DNA of 64,000 nucleotides from Fibrobacter sp. (lineage in GTDB: Bacteria; Fibrobacterota; Chitinivibrionia; Chitinivibrionales; Chitinispirillaceae): NCBI GenBank assembly GCA_012513915.1, contig JAAZBG010000128.1, positions 9,640-73,639 of the forward strand, written 5' to 3'. Below the pieces are notes generated by a model. That model did no database searches, was not told the DNA's origin, and saw only the letters and a list, made by a program, of their open reading frames with translations. The translations under genes were made by a program, and so were the position numbers. Positions 18,934 to 29,606 of this stretch are shown here, piece after piece. Position 1 is the stretch's first letter, and every line of letters starts with the position of its first letter.

Positions 18934-19524
18934 TTAATTATTTCTGTTGAATGTATCTGCAAGGTCAAGGAAATTTTTAAGAAGGACCTTACCGCCATCT
19001 GTCAATATTGATTCCGGATGAAATTGAACGCCGTATACCGGTGACTCCTTATGACGAACACCCATAATAAGGCCATCATCAGTCTCTGCGATTATCTGTA
19101 AACAATCAGGACAGCTTGAGCGTTCAATGATCAGACTGTGGTAGCGTGTTGCATTGAAAGGGATTGGAAGTCCTTTGAAAATGGAATCCCCCTGATGATA
19201 GATTTATGATATTTTACCATGCATCAGATAGGGTGCACGGATAACATTTCCTCCGTAAGCATAGCCTATTGACTGGTGGCCGAGGCATACACCGAGTACC
19301 GGGATTGTACTACCGAGATACTTGATTACATCAACAGATATACCGGCTTCTTTTGGGGTGCATGGTCCCGGAGAGATTAGAATCGCATCGGGAGACATTG
19401 CCTGAATTTCCTGAATCGTTAATGCGTCATTACGGTAGACGGTTATCTCCTTGTCTGATATTTCACCAAGGAACTGGACAATATTGAATGTAAATGAATC
19501 ATAGTTGTCAATTACAAGTATCAT
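18934..19524 (-). pseudogene. trpG: Anthranilate synthase component II / glutamine amidotransferase (TrpG/PabA) interrupted by an in-frame TAA
   Basis: The N-terminal part (19207-19524) contains GVCLGHQ and ends ..YLMHGKIS. A TAA lies at 19204-19206. The same frame then continues [24 protein letters not shown]...GVQFHPESI to the stop at 18934-18936. Total length is 196 codons, normal for TrpG. Confidence 0.8.
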
Positions 19525-19540
19525 AAAGTAGTGTACCCTG

Positions 19541-21016
19541 TCAATTGGTTCCTGAAATTTCCGCTGCGCGTTTTATTGCTGAAAACTGCGCGGATGCTTT
19601 ATCTACAGTTTCCTGATATTCACGTGATGGTACGGAGTCTGCAACAAGTCCGGCTCCGGCCTGAATTAGTGCAGTTCCCTGATTGTAAACAATTGTTCTG
19701 ATAACAATGCAGGTGTCAATATTGCCGCTGAAATCGATATATCCCAGCGCCCCGCCATACAGACCACGTTTGACTTTTTCAAGTTCGTCGATAATTTCCA
19801 TCGCCCTGATCTTTGGGGCCCCACTAAGTGTACCGGCAGGGAAACATGAAAAGAGCGCATCAAAAATATCTTTATCGCTACGCAATGTTCCATAGACATT
19901 TGACACAATGTGGTTAACATGAGAATATTTCTCAATGTGCATCATCTCCTCAACATGCACAGAACCGTACTCGCTCACCCTGCCGACATCATTACGCCCA
20001 AGATCTACGAGCATGATATGCTCGGCACGTTCCTTGGGATCATTAACCAGTACCCTCACCAGTTCATCATCCTCTTTTTCTGTTTTGCCTCTGCGGCATG
20101 TTCCTGCAATCGGACGAACTTCAATTGTGCCGTCGTCAATACGAACCAGCATCTCCGGTGATGCACCCACAACGGCTGTTTCGCCAAGTGACAGATAGAA
20201 CATGTACGGTGATGGGTTGACAACACGCAAAGTTCTGTAGAGATCAAACGGATCTGCATTAACCTTTACAGCAAAACGCTGAGAGATGACAACCTGGAAA
20301 ATATCTCCGGCCTTTATGTACTCTTTTGATTTGTTGACTGCATTTTCAAACTCTTCACGTGCAAAATTCGAGACCGGTTCAGACTGTGGCTCAACAGAAA
20401 TACTGTGCGACATGAGTCTCACTGCCATCTTATCTTCCATGACACCAATATTATAAAGAGACTGCCTGTAGGCGGCATCAAGATCGGTATCCGGTGTTAC
20501 GACAATGTTACTGATAAGCAGCAACCGGTGCTCTTTGTTGTCAAATGCAATAAGATCCTTATAAAAAGCAAAAAAGATATCATCAAGTGGATCTTCTTTG
20601 GGATTTTTATCCGGTATATGTTCCCAGAGCCTGATTGAGTCATAGCTGAAAAAACCGACTGCACCTCCGGTAAACCGGGGGAGGTTCGAAAGTCTTGGTG
20701 ACTGGTATGCGCTCAGGAGCGATCTCAAACGACCGATCGGATCAGTAGTTCCACTGTCGGTCAGAGCGCCGTTAATTTCCCATGATGTGGCACGGGCAGC
20801 GAAGGTCATGAACGGGTCACCACCAAGAAACGAGTATCGTGCTACCGTGTCGCCACCGACAACACTTTCAAGCAAAAAACTGTATTTCTCTTTTTTAAAG
20901 AGCTTAAGCCATACAGAAACCGGTGTTTCAGTATCTGCAAGTACCGTTTTTACGACAGGAATAACGGTGTAATGTGCAGCGAGTTTCTTTATTTCATTAA
21001 TATCCGGATAGATCAC
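19541..21016 (-). CDS. trpE: Anthranilate synthase component I
   Basis: LLES, the chorismate-binding C-terminal motifs (GAPK.RAMEII.ELE...RG.YGGA.GY) and a GTG start. Confidence 0.9.
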   Translation of the reverse strand: MIYPDINEIKKLAAHYTVIPVVKTVLADTETPVSVWLKLFKKEKYSFLLESVVGGDTVARYSFLGGDPFMTFAARATSWEINGALTDSGTTDPIGRLRSLLSAYQSPRLSNLPRFTGGAVGFFSYDSIRLWEHIPDKNPKEDPLDDIFFAFYKDLIAFDNKEHRLLLISNIVVTPDTDLDAAYRQSLYNIGVMEDKMAVRLMSHSISVEPQSEPVSNFAREEFENAVNKSKEYIKAGDIFQVVISQRFAVKVNADPFDLYRTLRVVNPSPYMFYLSLGETAVVGASPEMLVRIDDGTIEVRPIAGTCRRGKTEKEDDELVRVLVNDPKERAEHIMLVDLGRNDVGRVSEYGSVHVEEMMHIEKYSHVNHIVSNVYGTLRSDKDIFDALFSCFPAGTLSGAPKIRAMEIIDELEKVKRGLYGGALGYIDFSGNIDTCIVIRTIVYNQGTALIQAGAGLVADSVPSREYQETVDKASAQFSAIKRAAEISGTN

Positions 21017-21374
21017 AGGAGACCTTTCGTGAATAGTAGTCAGTAGACTGTTGACGGTAGCAAGTAGTAATTCTGTACAGTCTGGTCAATCGTTTGCAGA
21101 TCTGGAGTTGTTTAATGTTCAGATCCTGTTTTATCTGACAGTAATAAAATATGTTTTGTCATGCTGTGTCGGGTTGATGATTTTAATTAATACAAAAAGG
21201 GATATATTTTGCATCGTGAGTAGATGACGGTGATTCGATAGGGACGTTGCAACCCATCAAGGTTTCATCGGCAGGTTATAAAATTCAAAAGAAAGAAGTT
21301 TCTTGCTCTTTGAAAATGGTTGGCTCTCAAACTTTTATATTGTAGAATAGTACAATTTTTTGTAAAATCTACAT

Positions 21375-23507
21375 GTGGCCCCTTTAAAACCATATAAAAT
21401 TGCTTTTATAGCAAATAATTTTTACTCAGAATACTGCCATACCATGTATTCAGGAATACAAAGTGCGGTTGCAGAGCTTGGGGTTTCGGTTTTAACGGTT
21501 GGGGGTGGGGATGTAGATAGTCTCCATTCCAATAATATACAAAGAAATAGAGTTTTTGATCTTATCAACGCTGATGATTTTGATGGCATCATCTTTCAGT
21601 CTGGTTCACTTATTAGTTATATCACTGAAGAAAGATTTTTTAGTTTTTGTTCCCGGTTTGATGCACTACCTTCTGTGCACATAGGCTTCAGGAAGTCTGG
21701 GTATTCCAGCGTTGTTGTTGATAATGTAAGTGGAATGAAAGAACTCGTCGACCATTTTATTGAAGTGCATCATCGGAAAGAAATTACATTTATTCGTGGA
21801 CCAATCAGTTGCACGGATGCAGATGAACGCTTTGAAGCCTACCGGGAATCTCTTTTGGAACACGGGATTCACTTCAATGAAGATCTTGTTTTTCAAGGGA
21901 ATTTCCTATCGGAGAGCGGGCTTGCGGCTGTAAAAGAATTTATTGACAATAAAAAGATTAAATTTGATGCAATAATTGGCGCCAATGATCAGATGGCACT
22001 TTTTGCTATGAATGAACTGCTTCGCAGGGGAATCAGGGTGCCCAGAGATGTTTGCATTGGGGGGTTTGATAATCTGATAAGTGCTCGTGCCTGTTCACCT
22101 GCATTGACAACGGTTGGTCAGCCTGTATTTGAGCTTGGAAAGAAGGCATTAAACTTACTTGTTGAGATTATTGAAGGAAAAACGGCGTCTGGGACCACTG
22201 TTACATTGCCCTGCCGACGTTTCCTGAGACGATCTTGTGGATGTATTTCTGTCCCGGTTAAATCATCAGACTTAGATGATGCTGATACAACAGCATATGC
22301 TTTCTTTGAAAAACAATTTGTCAATTTACTTAAAGAAGATCAATCATCAGTTATTGATTTTTTTATTAATGAAATAATTACTTTTTTAAAAAACGGCTGC
22401 AAACTGAGTGAACTTATTTCCAGTCTGGGTTATATACTGGATAAACATTCTCACGAAATTCCGCACCATCTCCACAATAAGATTCGGCAAATATTTTTTA
22501 CAATAAGTGAAGAACATTTTGAAATTAGTCGGCTTAAGCGTCAGGAAGAGGAGGGACAGCTCTTCAGTTTTATTGATGATCTTAGAAAAATTTCCGAGCC
22601 CGATGCGATACGGGAGTACTTACGTGCAAATTTAATTAATATTGGCATTAAGGAGTTTGTTGTCGTCCTGTACAAAGATATACATAATTCTGTCCTTTTT
22701 TATTCAAATTCAACAGATGAATCAGGTCGTGTATTCAGGTCAAAACAGATTCTTCCCGGGGGTATATCATCATTGCGTCCCCACTTTAATCTCATCTGCT
22801 TACCCTTATTTGAAACGAACCTGGATATTGGTTTCTTCTTAACAAATCCGACTGATTATAATCCAGTCTTTCTTGAAATGATTCGTGGCAGTCTCAGTGG
22901 AACAATGCAGATGATGGACATGATAACAAAAGAGAGAGAATATGGAGTTTTACTTGAAAAAAAAGTACAGGAGCGGACCGCAGAACTTCAGCAGGCTCTC
23001 GACAAGCTTGAACAGATTTCTATCAGAGATGAACTCACCGGATTATTGAACCGCCGTGGTTTTTTGTCAACTGCAGACAGGTACATTGCTCTTGCTAAAA
23101 GAAATAGGCGTTCATTTATCTGTATTTATATCGATCTGGACAAATTAAAAATTATCAATGATACATACGGGCATGCACATGGTGATCTTGCCATAAAAGC
23201 AATTGCTGATATTCTCAACGAAACATTCAGGAAAACGGATATTGTTGGCAGAATGGGTGGCGATGAGTTTACAGCGCTTGCGCTTGACTATTCAGAGTCA
23301 GACTGTAAACTGATAATAAAACGGATTGATCTTGCGGTTGAAAAATACAATAAACTAAATAACAATCCATGGGTGTTAAGATACTCCTTTGGCTGGGCCA
23401 CATCCAGTCAGGAACATGGTTTTGATATTGACACTTTACTGAAACTTGCAGATCAGGCGCTGTATAGGGCTAAAGAAGAGAAACGTAACAATGGAAAAGG
23501 GGTTTAG
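21375..23507 (+). CDS. Diguanylate cyclase with N-terminal LacI/periplasmic-binding-protein-like sugar-binding domain
   Basis: The N-terminal ~290 aa resemble a PBP type-1 fold (IAFIANNF..., DGIIF, GANDQMALFAM..L...G..VP.D...GGFDN). The C-terminus has RDELTGLLNRRGF and GRMGGDEFTAL. The GTG start is uncertain. Confidence 0.8.
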   Translation: MAPLKPYKIAFIANNFYSEYCHTMYSGIQSAVAELGVSVLTVGGGDVDSLHSNNIQRNRVFDLINADDFDGIIFQSGSLISYITEERFFSFCSRFDALPSVHIGFRKSGYSSVVVDNVSGMKELVDHFIEVHHRKEITFIRGPISCTDADERFEAYRESLLEHGIHFNEDLVFQGNFLSESGLAAVKEFIDNKKIKFDAIIGANDQMALFAMNELLRRGIRVPRDVCIGGFDNLISARACSPALTTVGQPVFELGKKALNLLVEIIEGKTASGTTVTLPCRRFLRRSCGCISVPVKSSDLDDADTTAYAFFEKQFVNLLKEDQSSVIDFFINEIITFLKNGCKLSELISSLGYILDKHSHEIPHHLHNKIRQIFFTISEEHFEISRLKRQEEEGQLFSFIDDLRKISEPDAIREYLRANLINIGIKEFVVVLYKDIHNSVLFYSNSTDESGRVFRSKQILPGGISSLRPHFNLICLPLFETNLDIGFFLTNPTDYNPVFLEMIRGSLSGTMQMMDMITKEREYGVLLEKKVQERTAELQQALDKLEQISIRDELTGLLNRRGFLSTADRYIALAKRNRRSFICIYIDLDKLKIINDTYGHAHGDLAIKAIADILNETFRKTDIVGRMGGDEFTALALDYSESDCKLIIKRIDLAVEKYNKLNNNPWVLRYSFGWATSSQEHGFDIDTLLKLADQALYRAKEEKRNNGKGV

Positions 23508-23537
23508 TGAATGGCTCTTAAAGCAAAGCCGTTGCGC

Positions 23538-23576
23538 AAGCGTAAGCGTGTAATTCGTTATTACACGCTTACGCTT
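23538..23576. terminator. Bidirectional hairpin terminator between convergent genes
   Basis: A 16-17 bp perfect stem aagcgtaagcgtgtaa (23538-23553) / ttacacgcttacgctt (23561-23576) lies between the stops at 23507 and 23586. Confidence 0.7.
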
Positions 23577-23585
23577 CACAAAAAA

Positions 23586-25913
23586 TCACATAAACTGCTT
23601 CAAATTAAACTTAGGCTTCACCGTCTTAAGCTTATTTGAGCCATCATCCTTTTTGAACTTATTCGCAAGATCCTTTGCAGACATCTGCTGATGTTGCTGT
23701 TTTGTAAATTGCTTCTGTCCCTTGTTGTCCTGCGGTTTCGATGGCGATTGTCCCTGCGGGCGACCCTCACCGGTTTTCATTGATAATGATATGCGCTTTA
23801 ATTCTGCATCAACCTGCATGACCCGTACCTTGACAACCTGACCGACTTTCACTACTTTCATCGGATCGGTTACAAATGAATCACTTAGTTCTGATATATG
23901 CACAAGACCATCCTGGTGTACGCCGATATCGACAAATGCTCCGAAATTAGTCACGTTGGTGACAGATCCTTCAAGCCACATTCCCTCTTTAAGATCCTTA
24001 ATCTCCGTTACAGCGTCATTGAATTTTGCATAGCTGAATTCAGCCCGCGGGTCACGTCCCGGCTTCTCAAGCTCCTGAATAATATCTTCAATTGTCGGCA
24101 ATCCGACATCATCGGTGACAAACTGTTTTTTGTTAATTGATTTAATAAGAATGCTGTTGCCGATAAGCTCATTAATTGTTGTCTTGAGTTCATCAGCCAT
24201 CTTTTTAACAAGATCGTAACGTTCCGGATGTACAGATGAGTTGTCAAGCGGGTTTTTCGCTCCGGCGATACGCAAAAATCCGGCAGATAACTGGAATTTC
24301 TTTTCTCCAAGCCCCGGAACTTTCATGAGCGATTGACGCGATGTGAACGCTCCATTCTGATTGCGGTAGTTGACTATGTTTGCTGCAATAAGCCGGTTCA
24401 GCCCTGAAACGTATTTGAGCAGCTCTTCAGATGCAAGGTTTACATCCACTCCAACACGATTCACGCAGCTTTCCACAACTGCATCAAGTGAATCCTGCAG
24501 TTTTGTCTGATTGACATCATGCTGATACTGACCGACACCGATAGCTTTTGCATCAATCTTTACAAGTTCAGATAGCGGATCCTGTAAACGCCGGGCAATT
24601 GAAATGGCACCGCGCACCGTAAGGTCAAGATCAGGAAATTCCTTTATCGCAACATCAGACGCACTGTACACCGATGCACCTGATTCGCTGACAACAACAC
24701 TGGTCGGCCGTTCTTCCGGTGGTAGCTCTTTTAATACAGATTTGACAAAATCATCGGTTTCGCGGCTTGCAGTTCCATTGCCGATTGCAATCAGCCGTAC
24801 ATTATATTTCTTTATGTAAATTAGCAGGATACCTCGTGCTTCATCAGTTTTTTTCTGAGGTTCATGAGGGTATATTGTGGCGTTTTCAATAAATTTCCCG
24901 GTATCATCAAGAACAGCAAGTTTACATCCGGTACGAAAGCCCGGATCAAGACCGATAATTGATTTACGTCCCGCAGGAGCAGACAAAAGAAGTGCTTCAA
25001 GATTTTCGCCGAATACTTTAAACGCCTCTTCTTCCGCTTTGTCGCGAATCTCTTTGCGGATCTCGGTTTCTGTTGCCGGATGAAGCAGTCTGTTGAAGCT
25101 GTCGGCTGCAGTGGTACGCAGCAGTTCCGCAGCAGCACTTGATGAATTTTTAATAAGTTTTGATTCAAGATAATGCAGCGCACTTGCATCCGGCATACCA
25201 AGTGACAAACGGAGAACCTTTTCATGCTCACCGCGAAGCATCGCAAGAATACGGTGTGATGGCAACGTGCGAACATTTTCCTTGAAATTATAATACATCT
25301 CATACTTGGTTTTCTGACCCTCAAACTCTTTTTTAACCTCACTTACCATCTGACCCTCATCATGTGCAAGATCACGCAGCCATTTGCGGATATCTGCATT
25401 GTCAGAAAGCTCTTCAGCAAGGATATCACATGCACCCTGTAACGCTTTTTGCGCAGTGTCAACATCCTTTTCAGGGTTAAGGAACCCGGCTGCTTTTGCG
25501 TGAAGATCACACGTTGCATCCTGCAGGTCAAGCAGCCAGCGAGCCAATGGTTCAAGCCCGGCTTCTTTTGCTTTGGTTGCACGTGTGGTACGTTTTGGTT
25601 TGTAGGGAAGATAGAGGTCTTCAAGTTCAGTCTTACTCAGAGTCGCTTCAATTTTTGCCTTGAGTTCAGGGGTCAGTTTACCCTGTGATTCGATACTCTC
25701 GAGGATAGTTGTCCGGCGTTCATCGAGCTCCTTGTAATAGGTATATTTCGCCTGAAGATCGCGAACCTGGATCTCATCAAGTGAGCCGGTACGTTCTTTA
25801 CGATAACGGGCGATAAAAGGAACAGTCGCCCCTTCATCAAAGAGTGCAATTGTGTTTTCAACCTGGAAAAGCTGAAGATTAAAATCGGTAACGAGTTGAG
25901 CAATAATGTTCAT
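23586..25913 (-). CDS. tex: Tex-like transcription accessory protein (YqgF/HhH/S1 domains)
   Basis: The N-terminus has TVPFIARYRKE.TG. A central RuvC/YqgF-like segment reads IIGLDPGFRTGCK. The C-terminal S1 domain reads G.V.NVTNFGAFVDIG.HQDGLVHIS. Confidence 0.9.
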   Translation of the reverse strand: MNIIAQLVTDFNLQLFQVENTIALFDEGATVPFIARYRKERTGSLDEIQVRDLQAKYTYYKELDERRTTILESIESQGKLTPELKAKIEATLSKTELEDLYLPYKPKRTTRATKAKEAGLEPLARWLLDLQDATCDLHAKAAGFLNPEKDVDTAQKALQGACDILAEELSDNADIRKWLRDLAHDEGQMVSEVKKEFEGQKTKYEMYYNFKENVRTLPSHRILAMLRGEHEKVLRLSLGMPDASALHYLESKLIKNSSSAAAELLRTTAADSFNRLLHPATETEIRKEIRDKAEEEAFKVFGENLEALLLSAPAGRKSIIGLDPGFRTGCKLAVLDDTGKFIENATIYPHEPQKKTDEARGILLIYIKKYNVRLIAIGNGTASRETDDFVKSVLKELPPEERPTSVVVSESGASVYSASDVAIKEFPDLDLTVRGAISIARRLQDPLSELVKIDAKAIGVGQYQHDVNQTKLQDSLDAVVESCVNRVGVDVNLASEELLKYVSGLNRLIAANIVNYRNQNGAFTSRQSLMKVPGLGEKKFQLSAGFLRIAGAKNPLDNSSVHPERYDLVKKMADELKTTINELIGNSILIKSINKKQFVTDDVGLPTIEDIIQELEKPGRDPRAEFSYAKFNDAVTEIKDLKEGMWLEGSVTNVTNFGAFVDIGVHQDGLVHISELSDSFVTDPMKVVKVGQVVKVRVMQVDAELKRISLSMKTGEGRPQGQSPSKPQDNKGQKQFTKQQHQQMSAKDLANKFKKDDGSNKLKTVKPKFNLKQFM

Positions 25914-25936
25914 GCAAGAAAACTCCGTAAAAATAT

Positions 25937-25969
25937 GTGACGCGTAACGCGTGACACGTGACCAGTAAA
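25937..25969. repeat. GT(G/A)ACNN heptamer array, 4-5 units
   Basis: gtgacgc gtaacgc gtgacac gtgacca gtaaaaa lies 24 nt upstream of the tex start codon. Confidence 0.85.
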
Positions 25970-26376
25970 AACAATGAGTTGCGAATTAATTCGTTAAGTA
26001 TTGGCTTAAATTTCAGCCACTGAAAGATTCGCAGGGTAAAAAGATACTTCCTGAGCAGCGTGTTCTGCCAGTAGTAAGCCAGGGATTTTGAATACTCGCC
26101 TTAATGATGCTATTAATTCAGCGATTCCGAAATAATGGGATCGAATGCCTATAACCGGTCGCTGTTGTGTAGTGTTACGTGATAGTTAGAAAAAAACGGT
26201 AATGTATGTATTACATGAAACGTTTATAATCAGGTGCATAATGACATGCTAAACAGTACGGTAATTTATTGGCGAGGCAATTGGTTTGAAGTATTTTAAA
26301 TTGTAAATTAAGTAATCGAACAATAATCAACTGTTAGTAAACTTTATCAAATACCCATAAAGAGGAACTGTATCTC

Positions 26377-27702
26377 ATGAAAATTATCACCACTATGGCT
26401 CTTATCTGCGTTTGTTATTCTGCAACGCATGCTGTTACAAATTTTAACAGATTTATGCTGAAATTAAAAACATTTGAATATCCTCAGTACACAATATCAG
26501 ATCCATCACTGAGTTTTAACCTGAGCAGCTACGGTACTGAAACGCGCGGTAATTATTCAGAAGAATCATATTATTATGTCAATGGACAAGCTAATGGTGC
26601 GTATAAATTTACTATGATTCGCCCGATGTATTGGCTTGATGTCAATACATCACTGGCAGCTTCCGGGCGTTACGGTGAAACAGAAGAATTCTATCAGGGT
26701 GATATCAGAAAATCAAAAGACAAATATTTACGTGCAAATTCTACACTGCATTCGCAATATGAGCTTCATCCCTTTGCTGAACTATTTAACAATATTTTAT
26801 TCGCTGGTGTGACTGTGGATAACTGGTATAGGCGGGAATGGAACAAATCAACGCTGTATGAAGCTACAAATGATTATAATGATCTTACAGGTAAAGCAGA
26901 GGTCGGTGTAAGTTTTCGAAAACCGGTACGACCATTGTATGCAGCGTTCGAAATGGAACGTAAGCTCAAAGAGGCTGGCGTTATTACCGATACCCTGACA
27001 TCAGAAACGTTGTATGAACTTTCCAGGGTGGTTATAAGGCGTGAAAAGCTGATATTACGTCATGATAAAGATCTAAAGTATGTTATGGAACAGATAGAAA
27101 ATGTACTTGTAAAGGATCGTGCTGTTGATACAACAAAACTTAATGCATTTGCGGTATTTAAAATCAGTGAAGCACTTGACACACACATCCCTGTGATCTA
27201 TACCGGATTTAAAATGTCTCTTGGTGTAGCAGGTGTTGGTATATGGAGACCATCGGGATATTATAATCCGGTGACAGATCATCGCGGCACAGATGACTAC
27301 TACAAAACAGTGATGGAACTTGCATTGTCGTATACTGTGCCTGTTTGCAGCAGACTGTTTTTTTATACAGAAATGACAAAAAGAGCAACTGGAGAATACG
27401 AAGGATTCGAACATAATTTCAAGCATCAGGTGGTTAATGCCGGGGTGCATTATATGTTTACAGATAGATTAATAGGAACTGGCGGTATTAACGGCCTTGC
27501 CTGTAAATACTTTGTACCTGAGAATAAACGGATAGAAAGTGTATTTATGGAACTTGAGTTCTATCTTGAGGACAATGTAAGCCTGAGTCTTGATGGTTCA
27601 AGAAACTTTGGCGGAATGTCAAGCAGCAAGTATTATACAAATCCGTCTCAGGGTGATCAAAGAAGTTTTTCTGCCGGAATGTGGCTGAAGTTCGGGTTGT
27701 AG
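26377..27702 (+). CDS. Hypothetical secreted protein, outer-membrane beta-barrel candidate
   Basis: It has a signal peptide (MKIITTMALICVCYSATHA), abundant Tyr/Gly alternating beta-type segments and an aromatic-rich C-terminus (GMWLKFGL). The gene is AT-rich. Confidence 0.5.
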   Translation: MKIITTMALICVCYSATHAVTNFNRFMLKLKTFEYPQYTISDPSLSFNLSSYGTETRGNYSEESYYYVNGQANGAYKFTMIRPMYWLDVNTSLAASGRYGETEEFYQGDIRKSKDKYLRANSTLHSQYELHPFAELFNNILFAGVTVDNWYRREWNKSTLYEATNDYNDLTGKAEVGVSFRKPVRPLYAAFEMERKLKEAGVITDTLTSETLYELSRVVIRREKLILRHDKDLKYVMEQIENVLVKDRAVDTTKLNAFAVFKISEALDTHIPVIYTGFKMSLGVAGVGIWRPSGYYNPVTDHRGTDDYYKTVMELALSYTVPVCSRLFFYTEMTKRATGEYEGFEHNFKHQVVNAGVHYMFTDRLIGTGGINGLACKYFVPENKRIESVFMELEFYLEDNVSLSLDGSRNFGGMSSSKYYTNPSQGDQRSFSAGMWLKFGL

Positions 27703-27788
27703 AGTGTATGTGTATATAGAAAAAATTTCAATACCTGTTAGATGTTTACAACGTCGGAACGTTGGCAGATTCTGTTTAAGCCGATTGT

Positions 27789-28952
27789 TTAAATTACAAT
27801 AATAGAAGCGGGAAAATGAATGTCAGATACTTTTACTTTTTTATTATCTGTAACATCAAAAAGGTAGTTTCCATTAGAATATATAAATCTGTCGTGAGAA
27901 ATTACACGGTATGTACAAACACCTTTTGCTTTTACAGTAATATTTTTATCTTTTGAAATGCTGATTAATTCCCATGATCCGGGGATATATCCGGCAAATT
28001 GATTGTCATATTTGAGATTTTCCTTGTAATTTTTCTGAGCTTCAATTCTGATATTGTCATACATCATGTCTTCTGGTACAGATTGCGATTTCGCAGGGTT
28101 TGGACCTGATGTAATCAGTGGTTTGCCGGTGTTTTTAATAGTAAAGAATTCAATCGCCCTGAAAATCGCAACACCAAGGCGGTAAGGAATCAGGAAAATT
28201 TCAAGGAGTGACATAGCGTTTCGGACTGGTTTGTAGGGGCGACGGATACACCAGATGTTACCGGCATCATCGATTTGCGGATTTACTAAATCATAGTTGT
28301 CGTTTGCAAAAAGCTCCTCAAGTTCTGATGTTACAAGATTTATTTTCATTATTGATCGGGAGTAAACTACACGTTGGCCGCTACTGTAAAAACCTGCTGG
28401 TGCACTATCAAATAATAGTATGTCAGGATCTCCGGGATCCCAGCAGGGGTTACGATCGATAGAAATCCCTTCAGTGATTTCGTTGTATTGAGAAGTGCCT
28501 TTTTTGCAAATGGCAATATTCTGCTCGCCGTTTTTGTTGATAACTGAAAAAGCAATACGACCATCGCTATTCGATGCGATATCAAAAATTTTAAGCTGAC
28601 GATCATGTAGGATATGCCCCTCATTATCAATTCCTTCAACAGCGATCGAACGTCTGAATACTCCACTGGTATCCCCGACAGTAACACTATAGATAATTTC
28701 ATCATGTCCATTTGAGCTGATTCCGGTAATGCGTGCCATTGCATGCAATGAATCAATATGTTCATTAGTTAGTGAGGATTGTTCGTGCCTGAATTGTGCC
28801 CCGTAACCTTCAGTTTTCCAGGAGTGCTTTTTCACAATCTGGGCATGGTTGGAGCAGTATTGATTGATAAATTCACTTGTGAGCTTTTGTGTTTTACCAT
28901 TGTCAATAATTACGATTTTTTCATTCTCGGAGCAAATTATTCTGTTGATCAT
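27789..28952 (-). CDS. Hypothetical protein, possibly beta-propeller-like, with one internal hydrophobic helix
   Basis: A long ORF with repeated D.(D/S)G.I.F-type strands and a hydrophobic stretch (LLEIFLIPYRLGVAIFRAIEFF). I recognise no family motif. The gene is AT-rich. Confidence 0.5.
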   Translation of the reverse strand: MINRIICSENEKIVIIDNGKTQKLTSEFINQYCSNHAQIVKKHSWKTEGYGAQFRHEQSSLTNEHIDSLHAMARITGISSNGHDEIIYSVTVGDTSGVFRRSIAVEGIDNEGHILHDRQLKIFDIASNSDGRIAFSVINKNGEQNIAICKKGTSQYNEITEGISIDRNPCWDPGDPDILLFDSAPAGFYSSGQRVVYSRSIMKINLVTSELEELFANDNYDLVNPQIDDAGNIWCIRRPYKPVRNAMSLLEIFLIPYRLGVAIFRAIEFFTIKNTGKPLITSGPNPAKSQSVPEDMMYDNIRIEAQKNYKENLKYDNQFAGYIPGSWELISISKDKNITVKAKGVCTYRVISHDRFIYSNGNYLFDVTDNKKVKVSDIHFPASIIVI

Positions 28953-29204
28953 GATGCTACTTTCTGATCGCTAAACATTTCTTTGTAAAAATACTTAATC
29001 CGACGATATCTTCCACAATAGTTTAAGTATGTAGTTCCGGCAGGATTCTGGCAATAAGAACGGAATGCCAGCAGTATCTGTCAACATTCAACAATCCCGG
29101 TGTTAGGTAATCAAAAATCTGAATTGCTTTGTTGTATCACGCTTATTGGTAATGATTTTTTTCTACACCTTTTAATTTTTTTATATGCGTACATGCATGT
29201 TTTT

Positions 29205-29606
29205 CTAAAAAACATAATGAAAACTAACGCTGTTTGAAGATGCCTTTAAATACATCCTTTTAAATCTGTTCTTATTATAAGTACACTTGATTGTTGTATA
29301 TGTTGTAAAAACTGTAAGCGGAATACATACATATAATATTTTCTTCCCAAGTATCTTCTGTGAGTAATCTTTTGTTTTATGAGTCGTTGTGTCGTTAAAG
29401 ACTGTAGTTTTGGAATATTTTATTTCGGGTTTTGAATTATATTTGTTAATTCCAAGTATGTCAACTGCTATACATGACGCAAGACCGATGCAGCTGATTA
29501 CCTGTAGTTCTCCATATTTCTCATATTCCTTCTTTAAATAGGACTGTTCTGAAAAAGACAAAGATACTAACATCGAAATAATAAAAGCCGTAAAATGAAT
29601 CCTCAT
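29205..29606 (-). CDS. Hypothetical small membrane protein
   Basis: A 133-aa ORF with an N-terminal signal/TM segment and two more hydrophobic segments. It is very AT-rich and I recognise no homology. Confidence 0.35.
   Translation of the reverse strand: MRIHFTAFIISMLVSLSFSEQSYLKKEYEKYGELQVISCIGLASCIAVDILGINKYNSKPEIKYSKTTVFNDTTTHKTKDYSQKILGKKILYVCIPLTVFTTYTTIKCTYNKNRFKRMYLKASSNSVSFHYVF

Noticed and set aside
19204-19206. Possible stop-codon reassignment (TAA read as sense) suggested by the in-frame TAA in trpG.
   Set aside because: TAA terminates several clearly complete genes here, such as murG and htpX. No other gene shows an in-frame TAA. A point mutation or sequencing error is far more likely.
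21033-21069. A cluster of TAG/GTAG triplets (aTAGTAGtcaGTAGac...GTAGcaaGTAGTA) next to the trpE start is reminiscent of TRAP-binding (G/U)AG repeats.
   Set aside because: The triplets are on the plus strand, whereas trpE is transcribed from the minus strand. Its mRNA would therefore carry CUA, not UAG/GAG. The spacing is also irregular.
25982-25993. A perfect 12-bp palindrome, cgaattaattcg, lies upstream of tex.
   Set aside because: It is a single short AT-rich palindrome with no second copy seen in the window, so it cannot be distinguished from chance.
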